A stretch of DNA of 63,530 nucleotides, the filler included, from Cercozoa sp. M6MM (taxonomy: Eukaryota > Protista > Endomyxa: Ascetosporea): NCBI GenBank assembly GCA_040357565.1. It is 11 parts of 11 records of this genome, joined end to end, with 100 filler letters (N's around TTAATTAATTAA, not from the genome) between each part and the next. Parts side by side here need not be neighbours in the genome. Positions count along the whole stretch, not along the records: positions 8,091 to 31,941 come from JBDODJ010000165.1; positions 32,042 to 33,672 come from JBDODJ010001970.1; positions 33,773 to 37,843 come from JBDODJ010001231.1; positions 37,944 to 41,646 come from JBDODJ010001345.1; positions 41,747 to 47,734 come from JBDODJ010000812.1; 6 more parts are not named here. The stretch is one strand, 5' to 3'. The notes beneath the pieces were generated by a model. It made no database searches, was not told the origin of the DNA, and saw only the letters and a list, made by a program, of their open reading frames with translations. Position numbers and translations under genes: made by a program. This document shows positions 29,474 to 41,845 of this stretch, one piece after another (within the stretch, counting starts at the first letter, position 1; every line of letters starts with the position of its first letter).

Positions 29474-30951
29474 CATGCAGTCGTCTCGGACTCGGCAGGC
29501 GCCTGCGGCGGCGGCGGAGGCAAGTCACGCGGCGGCGTTCGGTGACGCGAGCCTGACGGGGGGGGGGGGGGGAGGGAAAAGGCAAGGGGGGAGGGGGTAG
29601 GGGAGGGGGCAAAGTACGCGACCGGTGGCGCCGACTGCGACTGCGCGAGCGACGGCGACTGCGACGACGTCGACTGCGCGAACGACTGCGACTGCGACGA
29701 CGTCGGCTACGCGAGCGTTTCTCTGCCTCGGGACTCGACTCGGTCTGAGCAGATGGGACAGCTTGATCCTTGCTGTCTGAGCCGGTAGCAGTAGCCGGCT
29801 TATCCTGCGGCTGTCCATCGCGTCCGAGCACTGGCGCCGCCTCGGGCCAGCTCGGGTTGTGCTGCGCTCGCTCCTCCAGGTACGCCTTGATCTCCTCCAC
29901 GATGGCATCTTCGCGCTTCGCCTGCTCGGCCTCCACGTCGAAGCCTGCACTCGACTCAACTCAACTCAAAGCAAAGCTACTCAACTCAAAGCAAAGCTAC
30001 TCAACTCAAAGCAAAGCTACTCAACTCAAAGCAAAGCTACTCAACTCCAAGCAAAGCTACTCACTCAAATCAAAGCAAAGCTACTCACTCAAATCAAAGC
30101 AAAGCAAAGCTATCTACTCAAAGTAACTCGACTCAACTGAGCAAACTCAACTCAATTCAACCCAAAGCAACTCATCAACCCAAAGCAAGCCAAAGCAAGC
30201 CAAAGCAACTCAACTCAACTCAACTCAACTCAACTCAACTCAACTCAACTCAACTCAACTCAAAAAGCAACTCGACGCCACAGGCAAAGCAAAGCAATTC
30301 AACGCACACGCAGCTTGCTCGGGCGTGGCATCGATCGGCGCAGCGTAGCCAGCGACCGCGCGCATTTCGGCACCAAACTCGCCCACCTTGAGTGCTTCCT
30401 GCCAGTCAACCAAGTCACCAAAGCTGTTTGCGACAGAGTTTTGGAAGAGCGTGGAAAGCTATACCAGGAAGGCCTCCAATTTCGTCTGAGATTCGGCACC
30501 CGCCTTGACCGACAGGTGACGAGCTGCATGAAAGTCACACAGCCAGGTGAAGCAGCTCAAGCAACAGCCAAAGCAAAAGCGAAAGCCAAAGCAAAAGCCA
30601 AAGCAAAAGCCAAAGCAAAAGCCAAAGCAAAGCAAAAGCGAAACAAGCAAAGCTACAGGCGTAGGGCAGCGCAATGCGCGGGAGCACCTTCTGCGCACGC
30701 AGCGCAGTCAGCGGCTCGTTGAAGAGCACGAAGGCGTACGGCGCCGGACGGCCCGAGTGCGCCGCCTTCATGCGGTAGCAGTCCTTGACGTTGCCAAAGA
30801 TCTCAAACAGTCCACGCAGCACGCCGTCGTCCAGCTCCTTGGGCACCTCCTTCACCAGGATGGGCCCACGGTAGGCCGACATGCGCTGCTCGATCGTCGA
30901 GCGCAGCGCTGGCGGCAGATTCGGCAAAATCAAGTCTGACGACACTGACAT
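29474..30951 (-). CDS. RRM + RS-domain protein (RBM25/Snu71-like N-terminus; no PWI seen)
   Basis: ILVKEVPKELDDGVLRGLFEIFGNVKDCYRMK...PYAFVLFNEPLTALRAQK RRM followed by an RS-repeat exon. Confidence 0.7.
29952..30298. repeat. Intronic (CAACT)/(CAAAG) compound minisatellite, partly a 20-bp unit
   Basis: CTCAACTCAAAGCAAAGCTA repeats followed by (CAACT)n, inside a minus-strand intron. Confidence 0.95.
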
Positions 30952-31196
30952 GGTTGTCTGTTGTACTACTGCACGTATTACTGACAGAAACCACGTGTGG
31001 ACACACGCTGGTGTGCTGGTGGCACTCTAAAGGCCTTCCCAATAAATAGATTAAGGGTGCAAGGTGACTACAGCCCTGGCCTTTCTGTTGCCGAATTGCC
31101 GCTAAGCGTGGAATTGGAAGGGTCCAAAACGCAAGAAAAGGTGCCAATCTACGCCAGGGCATATTGGCTGTGCCTTTAGTGCATGCCTTCTGCGAG

Positions 31197-31833
31197 ATGT
31201 CAAGGTGGGCCTCATGGTTTTTGATCGTTCTGGCACTGTTCGCCTCTGTGTCGAGTCGACAAGGCACGACGCTCCAGCGATACCCGGCAGTGGCCGATAC
31301 GTTGGAGGTACCTTGCTACACCCAGAGACTTGGTCCGATTGCGTGTGTATTAAGGGGAGGGGTTTCTCGCAGGACGAGGAATCCGAGGGTCCGTTTCTGC
31401 TGGTCGGCACTGCCGATGGTATTACATTTTACCACCCTCCCTGCCTTGTTCTTAACTTGCTGTGGTGTGCCGCAGGCTCGCTGAGTTACATGGACGTGGG
31501 TGCCCGAAGCACACTGTGGAGCGTGCGACTGCAGCCGCTGATCTCGGCCGAGTCGGACGATGATTTCGAGGTATCAACTGCCGCACCGTCATTCATCGGT
31601 CGGTTTTCGGACGGTTTTTCAGACGGTTTTTTCGGACGGTTTTCAGACGGTTTTTCAGGCGGTTTGGAGGGTGTCGTATGGCGTGTGTGTGACACAGGTG
31701 ATACCAGGCACGGACGGTTCGCTGTTCTTCGTGTCCAAGTCGAGTGACGGTTCGACGCGCGATCACTTCGAGTACGACGGTGTGAGTCGCGGTCTCGTCG
31801 CGTCCGACTCGGTCCGCCAGGACGTGTTCCAGG
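31197..31833 (+). CDS. IRE1/PERK-like luminal domain protein, 5' part (truncated by contig end)
   Basis: Signal peptide followed by LLVGTADGSLSYMD....LWSV..QPLI and VIPGTDGSLF motifs typical of the IRE1 luminal domain. Confidence 0.6.
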
Positions 31834-32074
31834 TGTGTTGCTACCTTTTACCCCCCCTGTTTACCCCCCTGTTTACCCCCCTGTTTACCCCCCCCTCCCT
31901 GTTTACCCCCCTGTTTACCCCCCTGTTTACCCCCCTGTTTANNNNNNNNNNNNNNNNNNNNNNNNNNNNNNNNNNNNNNNNNNNNTTAATTAATTAANNN
32001 NNNNNNNNNNNNNNNNNNNNNNNNNNNNNNNNNNNNNNNNNCCCCCCCCCTCCCTGCCAAATCGGATGCGAGTA

Positions 32075-32436
32075 GCCGAGGATGCCTACGAGAGACTCCG
32101 CGCCGGTGCCTCTGTCGTCGAACTCTACTCGGCCGTCGCCTTCCGCGGACTCGGCGTAGCCACCTTTTTACCCCCCCCCTTTTACCCTCCTTTTCCCTCC
32201 ACCTACTCCTCCATCCCAACCCTGTGTTTGTGTCTGTGTCTGTCTGTGTAGTGTCTGTGTGTCTGTATAATGTCTGTGTCTGTATAATGTCTGTGTCTGT
32301 ATAATGTCTGTGCGTTTCCCCACAGGTGGCACGTGACATCAACAAGGGCCTGGTCGAGCTGCTGCGTCGCGACGGCTACGCCAACGTGAGCGAAGTCGTC
32401 GGTCTCGACTGCACGCTGCCTGCCAAGCCAGAGTGA
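32075..32436 (+). CDS. DHODH: Dihydroorotate dehydrogenase (class 2), last two exons
   Basis: DAYERLRAGASVVELYSAVAFRG.G-VARDINKGLVELLRRDGYANVSEVVG. Confidence 0.85.
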
Positions 32437-32669
32437 TCGGTTTGGCCTACAGGCCGTATGGGCCTGTTAGACACGTTTTCGTACTTAGTTTAACTTCAAA
32501 AAAGTAACTCTAGCCTGAGTTTAGCCCCCCGCAGTGCGCTCTGTGAATTTCTTTAATCTTTCGCGTCAGCGTGTCCCTGGATTGGGACAAGATTGACGTT
32601 TGCGGCCGCAGCAAGCGCGAGACGCGCGGTAGTCAGAGTGTGCGTGCGAGCGTGATAGATCCCGTAAGC

Positions 32670-33620
32670 ATGGAGCAGCAGCAGCAGCAGCAGCAGTCGC
32701 AGTCGGTGTCGCCGGCGGCCAAGCTCGGCATGGGCGTGGTTGCGGCCGGCGCTCTGGCAGGCCTCGGCTACTGGGCCTCGCGCGCGCTGCGTGCCAAGGT
32801 GCTGGCGCACAAGAAGGCCAAGCAGGCCAAGCAGTCGTCCTTGGGCGGTACGCTGTGTGCTCGCAATCTTATGTCTATTACTATATATATATATATATAT
32901 ATTTATGTATATGTTTGTATATGTGTATGTATGTACACCTGTGTAGCCCGCGGCCAGTCGCCGTTCGGCGCGCGCAAGGGTGCGCAGCAGCAGCGACTGA
33001 CGCAGGCGCAGCAGTTGCTGCAGCAGCAGCAGCAGCAGAAGGCCATCGAGGACATGCTGTAGCTTTTGCCCCCCCCCCCGTCTTTACCCTTGACCCCCTT
33101 GACCCTCCTTAACCCCCCTTGACCCCCTGCCTTAGGTGGGCGCGCATCGAGCCGCAGCTCGCGCAGATCGCCGCGCAGGACGGCGTTTCCAACGTAGTTT
33201 TGTTGTTGTTGTTGTTGTTTTGTTGTTGTTGTTTTGTTGTTGTTGTTGTTTTTCTTTGTTTTTTCATTCTGTTGTTGTTTTTTTGTTGTTGTTTTTTGTT
33301 GTTTCTGTTGTTTTGTTGTTGTTTTTTGTTGTTTCTGTTGTTGTTTTGTTGTTTTGTTATTGTTTTCTTGTTGTTTTCTTGTTGTTGTTGTTTTCTTGTT
33401 GTTTTTTGTTGTTTTTTCATTCTGTTGTTGTTTTTCTTGTTGTTTTTCTTGTTGTTTCTCATGTGGTGCTGTTGTGTGAGCAGGAGGACAAGGCCGAGCA
33501 GCAGAAGGCCGTGGGCAACGAGTTCTTCGCCAAGCAGCAGTTCGCGCTGGCGCTGCGCATCTACTCGTCGGCGCTGCTGCTGGATCCCACGAGTTACAAG
33601 ATCCTCTTCAACGTCGGCGT
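32670..33620 (+). CDS. N-anchored TPR protein (Tom70/OM64-like), 5' part
   Basis: Signal-anchor GMGVVAAGALAGLGYW plus basic residues, then clamp TPR KAEQQKAVGNEFFAKQQFALALRIYSSALLLDP. Confidence 0.6.
33197..33457. repeat. Intronic (TTG/TTTTG)n tract; a similar (CAA) tract lies at 39806-40010
   Basis: Direct inspection. Confidence 0.95.
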
Positions 33621-33640
33621 AGGCTGTTTTACCCCCCCCC

Positions 33641-33672
<32 letters not shown>

Positions 33673-33772
33673 NNNNNNNNNNNNNNNNNNNNNNNNNNNN
33701 NNNNNNNNNNNNNNNNTTAATTAATTAANNNNNNNNNNNNNNNNNNNNNNNNNNNNNNNNNNNNNNNNNNNN

Positions 33773-33819
<47 letters not shown>

Positions 33820-34847
33820 CATTCGTCGACTGCATTTCCACCACCACGCAACGGAACGAGGCCGTCGAGCAAGGGCGCAGCGTGCACCTCCCTACATCAC
33901 TTGCGACGGAGAGTCGATAACGGTGACGCGACGCACATCGCGTTCAAGAACGACGACGAAGAAGTGGCTGCACGCGAAGACAACGCGTATGTCCACGCTC
34001 TTGTCGCTCGTGTCGGCCACACGCACGGACGACGTAGGGAACGCTCACCCATCCCTACGTGTCGCGCGACACCATGGAGCGCGAGTTCAGCAACGTCGCG
34101 TAGAGTAGTTCACGATGCGCAGCGCACGTTGAGGCTCAGCAACCAGGCCATCGACTACCACAGCACAGGTACACACTCAGCACGGTCAATACGGCTGTTG
34201 TAAGGCTCTAAAATGCTCTCAGGGAAGCTATAACAGTATTTAAAAAAAATCGCTCTTTCGTCTCGTCCCATGGTTCGTCGTTGTCGTCTGCAAGCGCTCT
34301 AATAAACATTATATAGAGTGTGCACACGGGTGCTTACGTTCTTTTGGTCTCACTACTAAAATGTACTGTACAGTACAGTCCAACACGGACAATTACAGTA
34401 CAGTAGTCCACGCGTGGACATTTGATCTTTGGACAGACTTAAGGTCTCGTTTTCTGGAATTTGAGGCGTTTTTCCTGCAAGCAAGCAAGCGCCAGCTCGT
34501 CACTGTCACTCACTGTTGTGTTAGTTGGCCATTTGGTTGGCCGCTCGCCTGCTTTCGCCGTGTGGTGCTTTTGCAAAAATCCTTGCATGCTCTCTCACTG
34601 TCTTGTTCGTCCGCGTGGCGACCACGACGATCCCAGCAAGAGGCCTCGCAAGAAGGCTCGCAAGACGTCGAAAAACCCCTGTGCGCGCGAGGATCTTGCG
34701 CCGACTGAACGCAAACAGTTTATTGATTGGGCGAGTGGTGGAAAACACGGGTGTGTTCTTTTTCGCTTGCACTCGTGTTGAGACACCAACCACGCACCGC
34801 TGTTTTGTTTGCTTGTTGAACAGGCCGCACCCTTTGTCCTCTGCCAG

Positions 34848-36252
34848 GATGCGCAAGCAGCGTCCGACCCTACGCGATGGCAAGCACAGCCCAGGCGCCG
34901 ACGAGCTAGTCGCGGACGTTGTGGTGTACGGTGACCCCAGCCGACACGTTGCACCCTGCAATGTCGACTTCGTGCCGACAAACGTCGAGGAGAGAACGCT
35001 GCTGGAGCGTTGGCGACAGATGGTCTTGGTCGTCGAAAGACTCGGCACGAACAAGGCAGTGGGCATTCCTTTTGTCTACCTGAAGACCTCCTGTGGCAAG
35101 GTGCCGTCTGAGATTGATACAGAGAAGAGGAAGACACTGCTCGGGGTACTCGATGTGTGCTTGTGTCACTCTAATAAGTGGGGTATCGTTGTAGGTATTG
35201 TTATGTGTCTATGTGTGCTGTGCCAGCAGGCCTTTCGCCGTGCTGTCTGCGGAAGCAAAGGTCGCAAGCGTGGTGGCGAGTGGGAGCCTGGCATCACGCG
35301 CGAACTTCGCCACAATGGCGTGAAAACAGGGACCTCGACGCGCTCCTTCGAAATGTGGCTCGAACCGGCAGAGCAGCTCCTGCCGACTTGCTACCTCGGC
35401 ACCCTGATCATGAGTGTGACCACCCACGGCGGTGGCGCACACGTCCACGCTGAGAGTGAGTTCGGCGGCGAGATGCTCGCTCTGTGCAAGGTGCGCCAGT
35501 CTGTGCGCGTCTGTGTGTGTGTGTGTGTGTGTCTGTGTCTGTGTGTGTCTGTGTGTGTGTCTGTGTGTGTCTGTGTGTCTGTGTGTCTGTGTCTGTGTGT
35601 CTGTGTCTGTGTGTCTGTGTGTCTGTGTGGATGGTAAACCTGCCTGCTCAGAGCGAAGGCAAGGAGCTCGCGTTCAAGAACGAACTGCGTTTTTTCTTCA
35701 AACCGGCGCAGCCGTTGCCGCCGAACCTGCGCCTGTCGGTGCAGGTGCCCTCCCCGGCCGGTGGCGGCAAGTACCTCGTGCCGTTCTCAAAGGTATATTC
35801 TCTCTCTCTCTTTCCAGTGTCTTCCGAGATGCGTTTGCTGTTGTGTGTATCTGCGTACCTCGCTGCCTTCTCAGTTTCCTGCGCCTTTCTCTCAGGCTGC
35901 CCCTGTGCCTGCGCCTGCGCCAGAGCCGGAGCCGGAGCCGGAGCCTTTCTCTCAGCCTGGCCCGGAGCCGGAGCTTTTCTCTCAGCCTGGCCCGGAGCTT
36001 GCCCCTTCTTGGCGTGACCTGCCGTCGCTGCCACTGCAGTGACAGTGGTCCACACAACCGCCGTTTTTTTTTGCTTGCGGTACGGCCAGTTTTCTCTTCC
36101 ACTGCTTGCCTTTTTCGCGCAAACGTTTTCGGGGCACACGCTTTCGTATTACTTGTACTCTCGTCTTGCATTGTGCAGGCATTAACTCCTTTTTTGGCTT
36201 TCACAAGCGTACAAGCGAAATTCCTCTCTGACAACACACTTGTTCGGCACTG

Positions 36253-36253
<1 letters not shown>
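34848..36253 (+). CDS. Multi-exon protein of unknown function
   Basis: GC3-rich exons at about 34848-35100, 35230-35490 and 35652-35792 with GT-AG introns. Confidence 0.4.
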
Positions 36254-36289
<36 letters not shown>

Positions 36290-36689
36290 GAGCAACCTCT
36301 GACATGAGATCTTTCAAATCCAGACATTTCGGACCACTCGAGTCACGTCATTCCCGAGTCGAAATCCTTTGCACTACGCGCACGCTAACGGTTCACTGCA
36401 GCGACAGTGATCATGTTGTGCCCCAGTGACAGGCATTCCTCGCAAACATGAACTTCCGAAGTCACCGCAAATCCTCGTTTTGACACTCTCTCGCCAAGTT
36501 TGCTCACGACTAGTTGTCTTACGCCACGCTCCCTTCTCTTCGCTTTAACCAACGCAACTGTGTGTTTCATGAACAAACTCGACGTCTGCAGTACGGTACG
36601 GCTTGCGTGTCCTTGGAGACAGCGCAGATCGTCGTTCAAAAAAGACTCCACGAACCAACTCACGGAACTAACAATAAGAATGATTAAAG

Positions 36690-37530
36690 AAATGGATTCG
36701 TCGATGAACTGGCTCCGCTAGAAGAGACTCTGCGAGGAGGACTTCTTTCGCAACCGCGACGAACCTGAGAGCCGTCGTCGCAGACGAAACTGCGCAAGCC
36801 AAGTCACCATACATATGTATCTCTATACATAATACATATACACTAGGTATATTAAGGTAAGAAGGAGCAGTCCAGATATCTAGATACAGATATATATATA
36901 TATATAGATATATATAATACATACATGAGGTATATTTAGGTATGCACACCGAGAAACTGCGTCGTTTGTCAGAGTCGGTGTCCTTGCCGTCATTGTCGGT
37001 GATGTTGCCGGACACAGGAAGCTCGAGTGCCTGCAGCAGGCTCAGGTCCGAGGCACTGCTGTTGGTCGACAGGGCCGTCGCGTCCTCGTCGTACTCCTCC
37101 TCCGCTTCGCCGTCCTCCTGTTTCGATAGGGTAAGGAAACCATGGGGGGGGGTCAGAACAGACAGCTACCTGCCTTCGATCCTTGCCTTCCTTCATGGTT
37201 TTCTGGGGGGGAGGATAAGGGTAAGGGAGAAGGGTAAAGCAAGGGAGTCTACCACAGCAGCATTGACACGCGACGCGAGTTCCTTCTTTCGTCTCCTCAG
37301 CTGACCTACTCTCGAGGGGGAGTAAGAGGGGTGAATGGGGGGGGGGGGGNNNNNNNNNNNNNNNNNNNNNNNNNNNNNNNNNNNNNNNNNNNNNNNNNNN
37401 NNNNNNNNNNNNNNNNNNNNNNNNNNNNNNNNNNNNNNNNNNNNNNNNNAACCAGTCCCACCAATGATGGAAGTCGACTGCCGGGCCACGCCCAGCAAGC
37501 AGTGCGTCGCGTACCTCCTCCAGAACTTGT
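36690..37530 (-). CDS. 3' part of a gene of unknown function (acidic, Ser-rich)
   Basis: Exons EQVLEEVRDALLAG..., EDGEAEEEYDEDATALS... separated by GGGGTAAA introns. Confidence 0.35.
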
Positions 37531-37544
37531 TCCTGGGGCGGTGA

Positions 37545-37843
37545 GCAGAGGGGTAAACAGGGGGTAAATAGGGGGGTAAACATGGGGTAAACAGGAGAGT
37601 AAACAGGGGGATAAACAGGAGGTAAACAGGGGGGTAAACAGGGGGGTAAATAGGGGGTGAACAGGAGAGTAAACATTGGGGTGAACATGGGGGTAAACAT
37701 GGGGGTAAACAGGGGGGTAAACACGGGGAAAACATGGGAGCAAACATGGGAGTAAATAGAAAGGCGAACAGGAGAGTAACAGGGGGGTAAATAGGGGGAA
37801 ATAGGGGGTAAATAGGGGGGTAAACAGGGGGGTAAACAGGGGG
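37545..37843. repeat. (GGGGGTAAACA)n intronic minisatellite; same family at 31846-31941, 46475-46585, 47360-47445, 48418-48542, 48880-48957 and others
   Basis: Direct inspection; unit of about 11 bp. Confidence 0.95.
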
Positions 37844-38049
37844 NNNNNNNNNNNNNNNNNNNNNNNNNNNNNNNNNNNNNNNNNNNNTTAATTAATTAAN
37901 NNNNNNNNNNNNNNNNNNNNNNNNNNNNNNNNNNNNNNNNNNNCAAAGGGGGTAAAGAGGGGAAGGCGGGTTAAGGGTTAAGGGGTTAAGGGGTAGTTGT
38001 TTTGGGGGGTAGTTGTTTTGGGGAATTCGGTTTTGCCTCAAAAAACCCC

Positions 38050-38964
38050 GTCATACGCGCAATATCGATCACCTGCAAAAATCGCACGTGGACTAGGGTC
38101 CAGCAAAAAGTCGCGCACGGCCGAGTGCACGTCGTCGCAAAGGAAGGACTCCAGCAACTTGGACACTGGAGCAAACAACCGTCTGCGGTGTTCTTCGAGT
38201 TCGCGTTCGGTCGGTATGTGCTCGAGAGTGCGCAGTACTTTCATAGACACACCGCTGCGACCAAAAAAGGACAGCAGTGAGGCCACCACGCTGGTTTCAA
38301 GGCCTTGCAGTCGCCATGCCTCGAGCTTCTCTTTCCAGAACTCTGGGACTAGAGTACAAACCAGCCGGTTATAAAACGGCACAGAACGAAGTGTCTGTTG
38401 CTAAACTCACCGCGGAACGGTTCCTCGACGCCAGAGAAAGCGAGTTCGTCACTGCAGCGACGCAGCCATCGCAGTGAGGTTTCGACCTGTACCAAAGGCA
38501 AAAACATACGGCAACACGTTTAAATACACTTGCGCAAACGACGATAAAACCGTTGGAGTGTCACAGTTGGAAGCCAAGTTCAACTGTTCCATGTCCCTGG
38601 TAGCCAGAGACAAAGACCCGTCGGACTCCAGTCGTCCAAGAACGTCAAAGACCACTTGTTGATACAGGTGCGATAGCAAGCGAAAGCTGCCGATGCGCCA
38701 GGAGAGTTCAGTCACCAGCGGCCACAGCAGCGACAGGTTGCAGCGCAGCTTTGGCCTGCCGGGTCTGTGAGGATCACAGTGCACGGGCAGCTAAATTTAC
38801 ACACGATTGAATACGGCTGCCAAAATGCAATTGAATATATCTGTAAATTAGAAACCGTAGATATAAACAGCCATAATAAGATAACAGGAAATAACAAAGC
38901 CAGCCAACAAATAAATGAATGACTTGACAAACCAAAGAAAATAAACGAACAAAGCATAAGCATG

Positions 38965-39005
<41 letters not shown>

Positions 39006-40477
39006 CTAGGAACATAGATACCGAAGCAGCATCATCATAGGCCAATTCGACCCACTGCGAGGCGAAGCTGTCAATTATGCCTGCAAGCAGTCGCAGTATG
39101 TGTTCTGTCTCTTCAACTGACAGTGCATCGCCAGGGTGTTCCCAGAGGTGCAGCACCAAAGCTTGCACCAGCACCAGCGGCAGCAAACTGCAGCGACGAC
39201 AGAAAGGCGACAGTCGCTCTAGACATAGCGAACGAGGCGAGCACACGAAGCGAGTGACACCATCGTCGCACATCTCGAGACCAAATACGTTGCACACCTA
39301 CATATACATATCTATATATAGTGTATATTTGTATTATTTAATCTTTACAATGTAAATTAGTCTAAAGAAGGGTACCAGTCCCGCAGAGTGCGGCAAATCC
39401 TTGCTCAGCAGGTATTCGGGCAACGGCAAGGCGCGAGCGAGCAAGCGGCGTCGTCGGACTTGACAGCAACATGATGCGACCAAAGTCTTCACTATGTTCC
39501 ACAAAGGACAGCAACGAGAGCACCGCACTCGACGCATCGGAACGCGCACGTGCCCACAGTGCCACGTGCTGCCACGACTGCGGGAAACGCACAAAGATCG
39601 AGGCACGACTTAGGTCCTTCATGTACGACCTGTCCTCCGCCTTGCAGGGCTGCGCGGCCAGCGACAACACGAAGAAAGCGCGCGCATTGGCGGATGACTC
39701 GTGCCGCCACGTGGACGCGAAACTGCCAGTCTCCTCCGATAAGTAACGCTTCGCGCAGAATTCTGCTTCATTTCGCAGACAAGTTAAAACTACCACTTAA
39801 ACTGAACAACAACAACAACAACAAAACAACAAGCCAGAACAACAATTAAAAACAAAAACAAGACAACAATTAAAAACAACAACAAAAACAATAAAAAACA
39901 ACAACAAAACAACAACACAAAACACCAACAACAAAACAACAGCGAAAAAAGCAACAACAACGACGAAAAAACAACAACAACAAGCAAAAGCAAAATGAAA
40001 CACAACAAAAACTAGAAAAAACGAGAGGCACCTTCCACGAACCGAAACAACTCAGACACGGCCGACACGAAGCCAGTGTCGTCAGCAGAGAACACGAGTC
40101 GCTTATTGTAAAACTTCGCAATCACGTGCTTCATCACCGTCGGAAACCTTGGTACAACGGCCGACACCGTCATCAGCAGCACCAGCACCGCCTTCCATTC
40201 CAAGTGGTTCTCTATCATATCACGAAATAAATCAATAGCTAAAACAAGTAGATATAAACAAACAAATTGAGACTGCACCTGCCCGAATGCACTCTAACAG
40301 GAGATCGCCGTGTGTCGCCAAACCCTCGGAGTGCTCGCGAGCAAACTGTGTCACCTCTGCCTCAAGCTGCTCTGCCTTGGTGGAATCGTCGGAACGGCTG
40401 CGCGCTTGGTCCGCCACTTTCGGGTAGAAATCTGCCGCGAACGACGCCAGCGCCTGGCGAAGCGACGCACGCGTCAT
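38050..40477 (-). CDS. Large helical (HEAT/ARM-like) protein of unknown function, 3' truncated
   Basis: ATG at 40477 (MTRASLRQALASF), Leu-rich amphipathic exons with GT-AG introns. Confidence 0.45.
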
Positions 40478-40905
40478 GCGCACTGCAATCAATCACTCGC
40501 GTAAATTCTACCGGTAAACAGCAGAGACTTTAACTTTGAGAGAAACGCAGTAGTGACAGTTGTGCACACCGCACAAAAAGTCTAAATGTATCAGTGCCAA
40601 CAGCGAGTTTTTTAGGCGCTCCTGGTTATCGATACTTTTTGCTGTATATGAGGTTCCATCTCTGGTATGCCTACATCCTCCCAACTGACAGAAACTGCAT
40701 TGCGGTTGTCGGCCGTGTGTGTGGTAAATAGGAGGGTTCATAATTCTGCCGTAATCACGGATACATAAAAAACTACAGCACGAGCAAAACGTGAAAAGCA
40801 CCCACAGCAATTTCTCAGTAATTCCACGTAATTACGAAACCTTTGTTCTCGGGGTAAGCCTAAGCGCAGCCAACGCAAGACTGCTTTCTGTGGATTGCAA
40901 TCGAA

Positions 40906-41646
40906 CTACTCGACGGCGTGGATGGCGTGGAACACGTGCTGCACGGCACGCCGCTCGTCGATCCACTCGGCAAAGCCCTACACACTTGCGTGTCTCAATG
41001 GGGAGGGGGCGGGGGTAAGATACCTTCTGCACGCGACGTACACGGCCGTCGTGTTCGACACCGAGACCTACAGGGATAGGGAAGTAAGGGTGGGAGAGGG
41101 GTAAAGGTAAAGCTAGGTACCCTTTGATAGCGTCTGTTCCGGTAGCACATCTTCAGCGCACACGTAGGCCGCGAAACCGACCAAGAAACAGTAGCGCTGC
41201 AGGTAGCCCACTGCACGCTTGCGCATACTCTCGCGTACCTACACAGGGGTGTAAAGGAGAGTAGGGGGGGAGGGCAAAGTTACCGACGATTTGATCGCCG
41301 TAACCGAACGCGTGTGCATTTCCGTAATCGCCTCGCGGAGATTCTGCCGGGGGGGGGGGGGGGAACGGAGGGGCGGGGGGGGGGGGGGTAAAACAGGGGG
41401 TAAAACCTGCATGTGTGCACAGCTGTCGATAAGCGCGTCGATTTGGTGTTTCGCCTCATTGCCGCGCGGCAGCAGACGCAGCAGATCTACACATTCACCC
41501 CTTCTTACACCCTTTGTTTACCCCCCCCCCTACCTCCCTCTTACCCCGCCCCACCCCCCAAGCGTATGGTACCACGGACGCACTTGAAGTCGCCGCGCAA
41601 CAGATGCGCGAATTCGCCCGTATGCTCGCGCGGCGTCATCTTCGCA
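40906..41646 (-). CDS. Paladin-like (PTP-like/inositol phosphate phosphatase family) protein, C-terminal part
   Basis: LLRGDFKCV.DLLRLLPRGNEAKHQIDALIDSCAHMQNLREAI...YLQRYCFLVGFAAYV...F.EWIDER. Confidence 0.75.
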
Positions 41647-41746
41647 NNNNNNNNNNNNNNNNNNNNNNNNNNNNNNNNNNNNNNNNNNNNTTAATTAATT
41701 AANNNNNNNNNNNNNNNNNNNNNNNNNNNNNNNNNNNNNNNNNNNN

Positions 41747-41813
<67 letters not shown>

Positions 41814-41845
41814 AGCTTTCTAATACCTAGTCTGTTTGGTGCAGG

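Noticed and set aside
29183-30298. CRISPR-like array
   Set aside because: Tandem units without unique spacers, in a eukaryotic context, with no cas genes.
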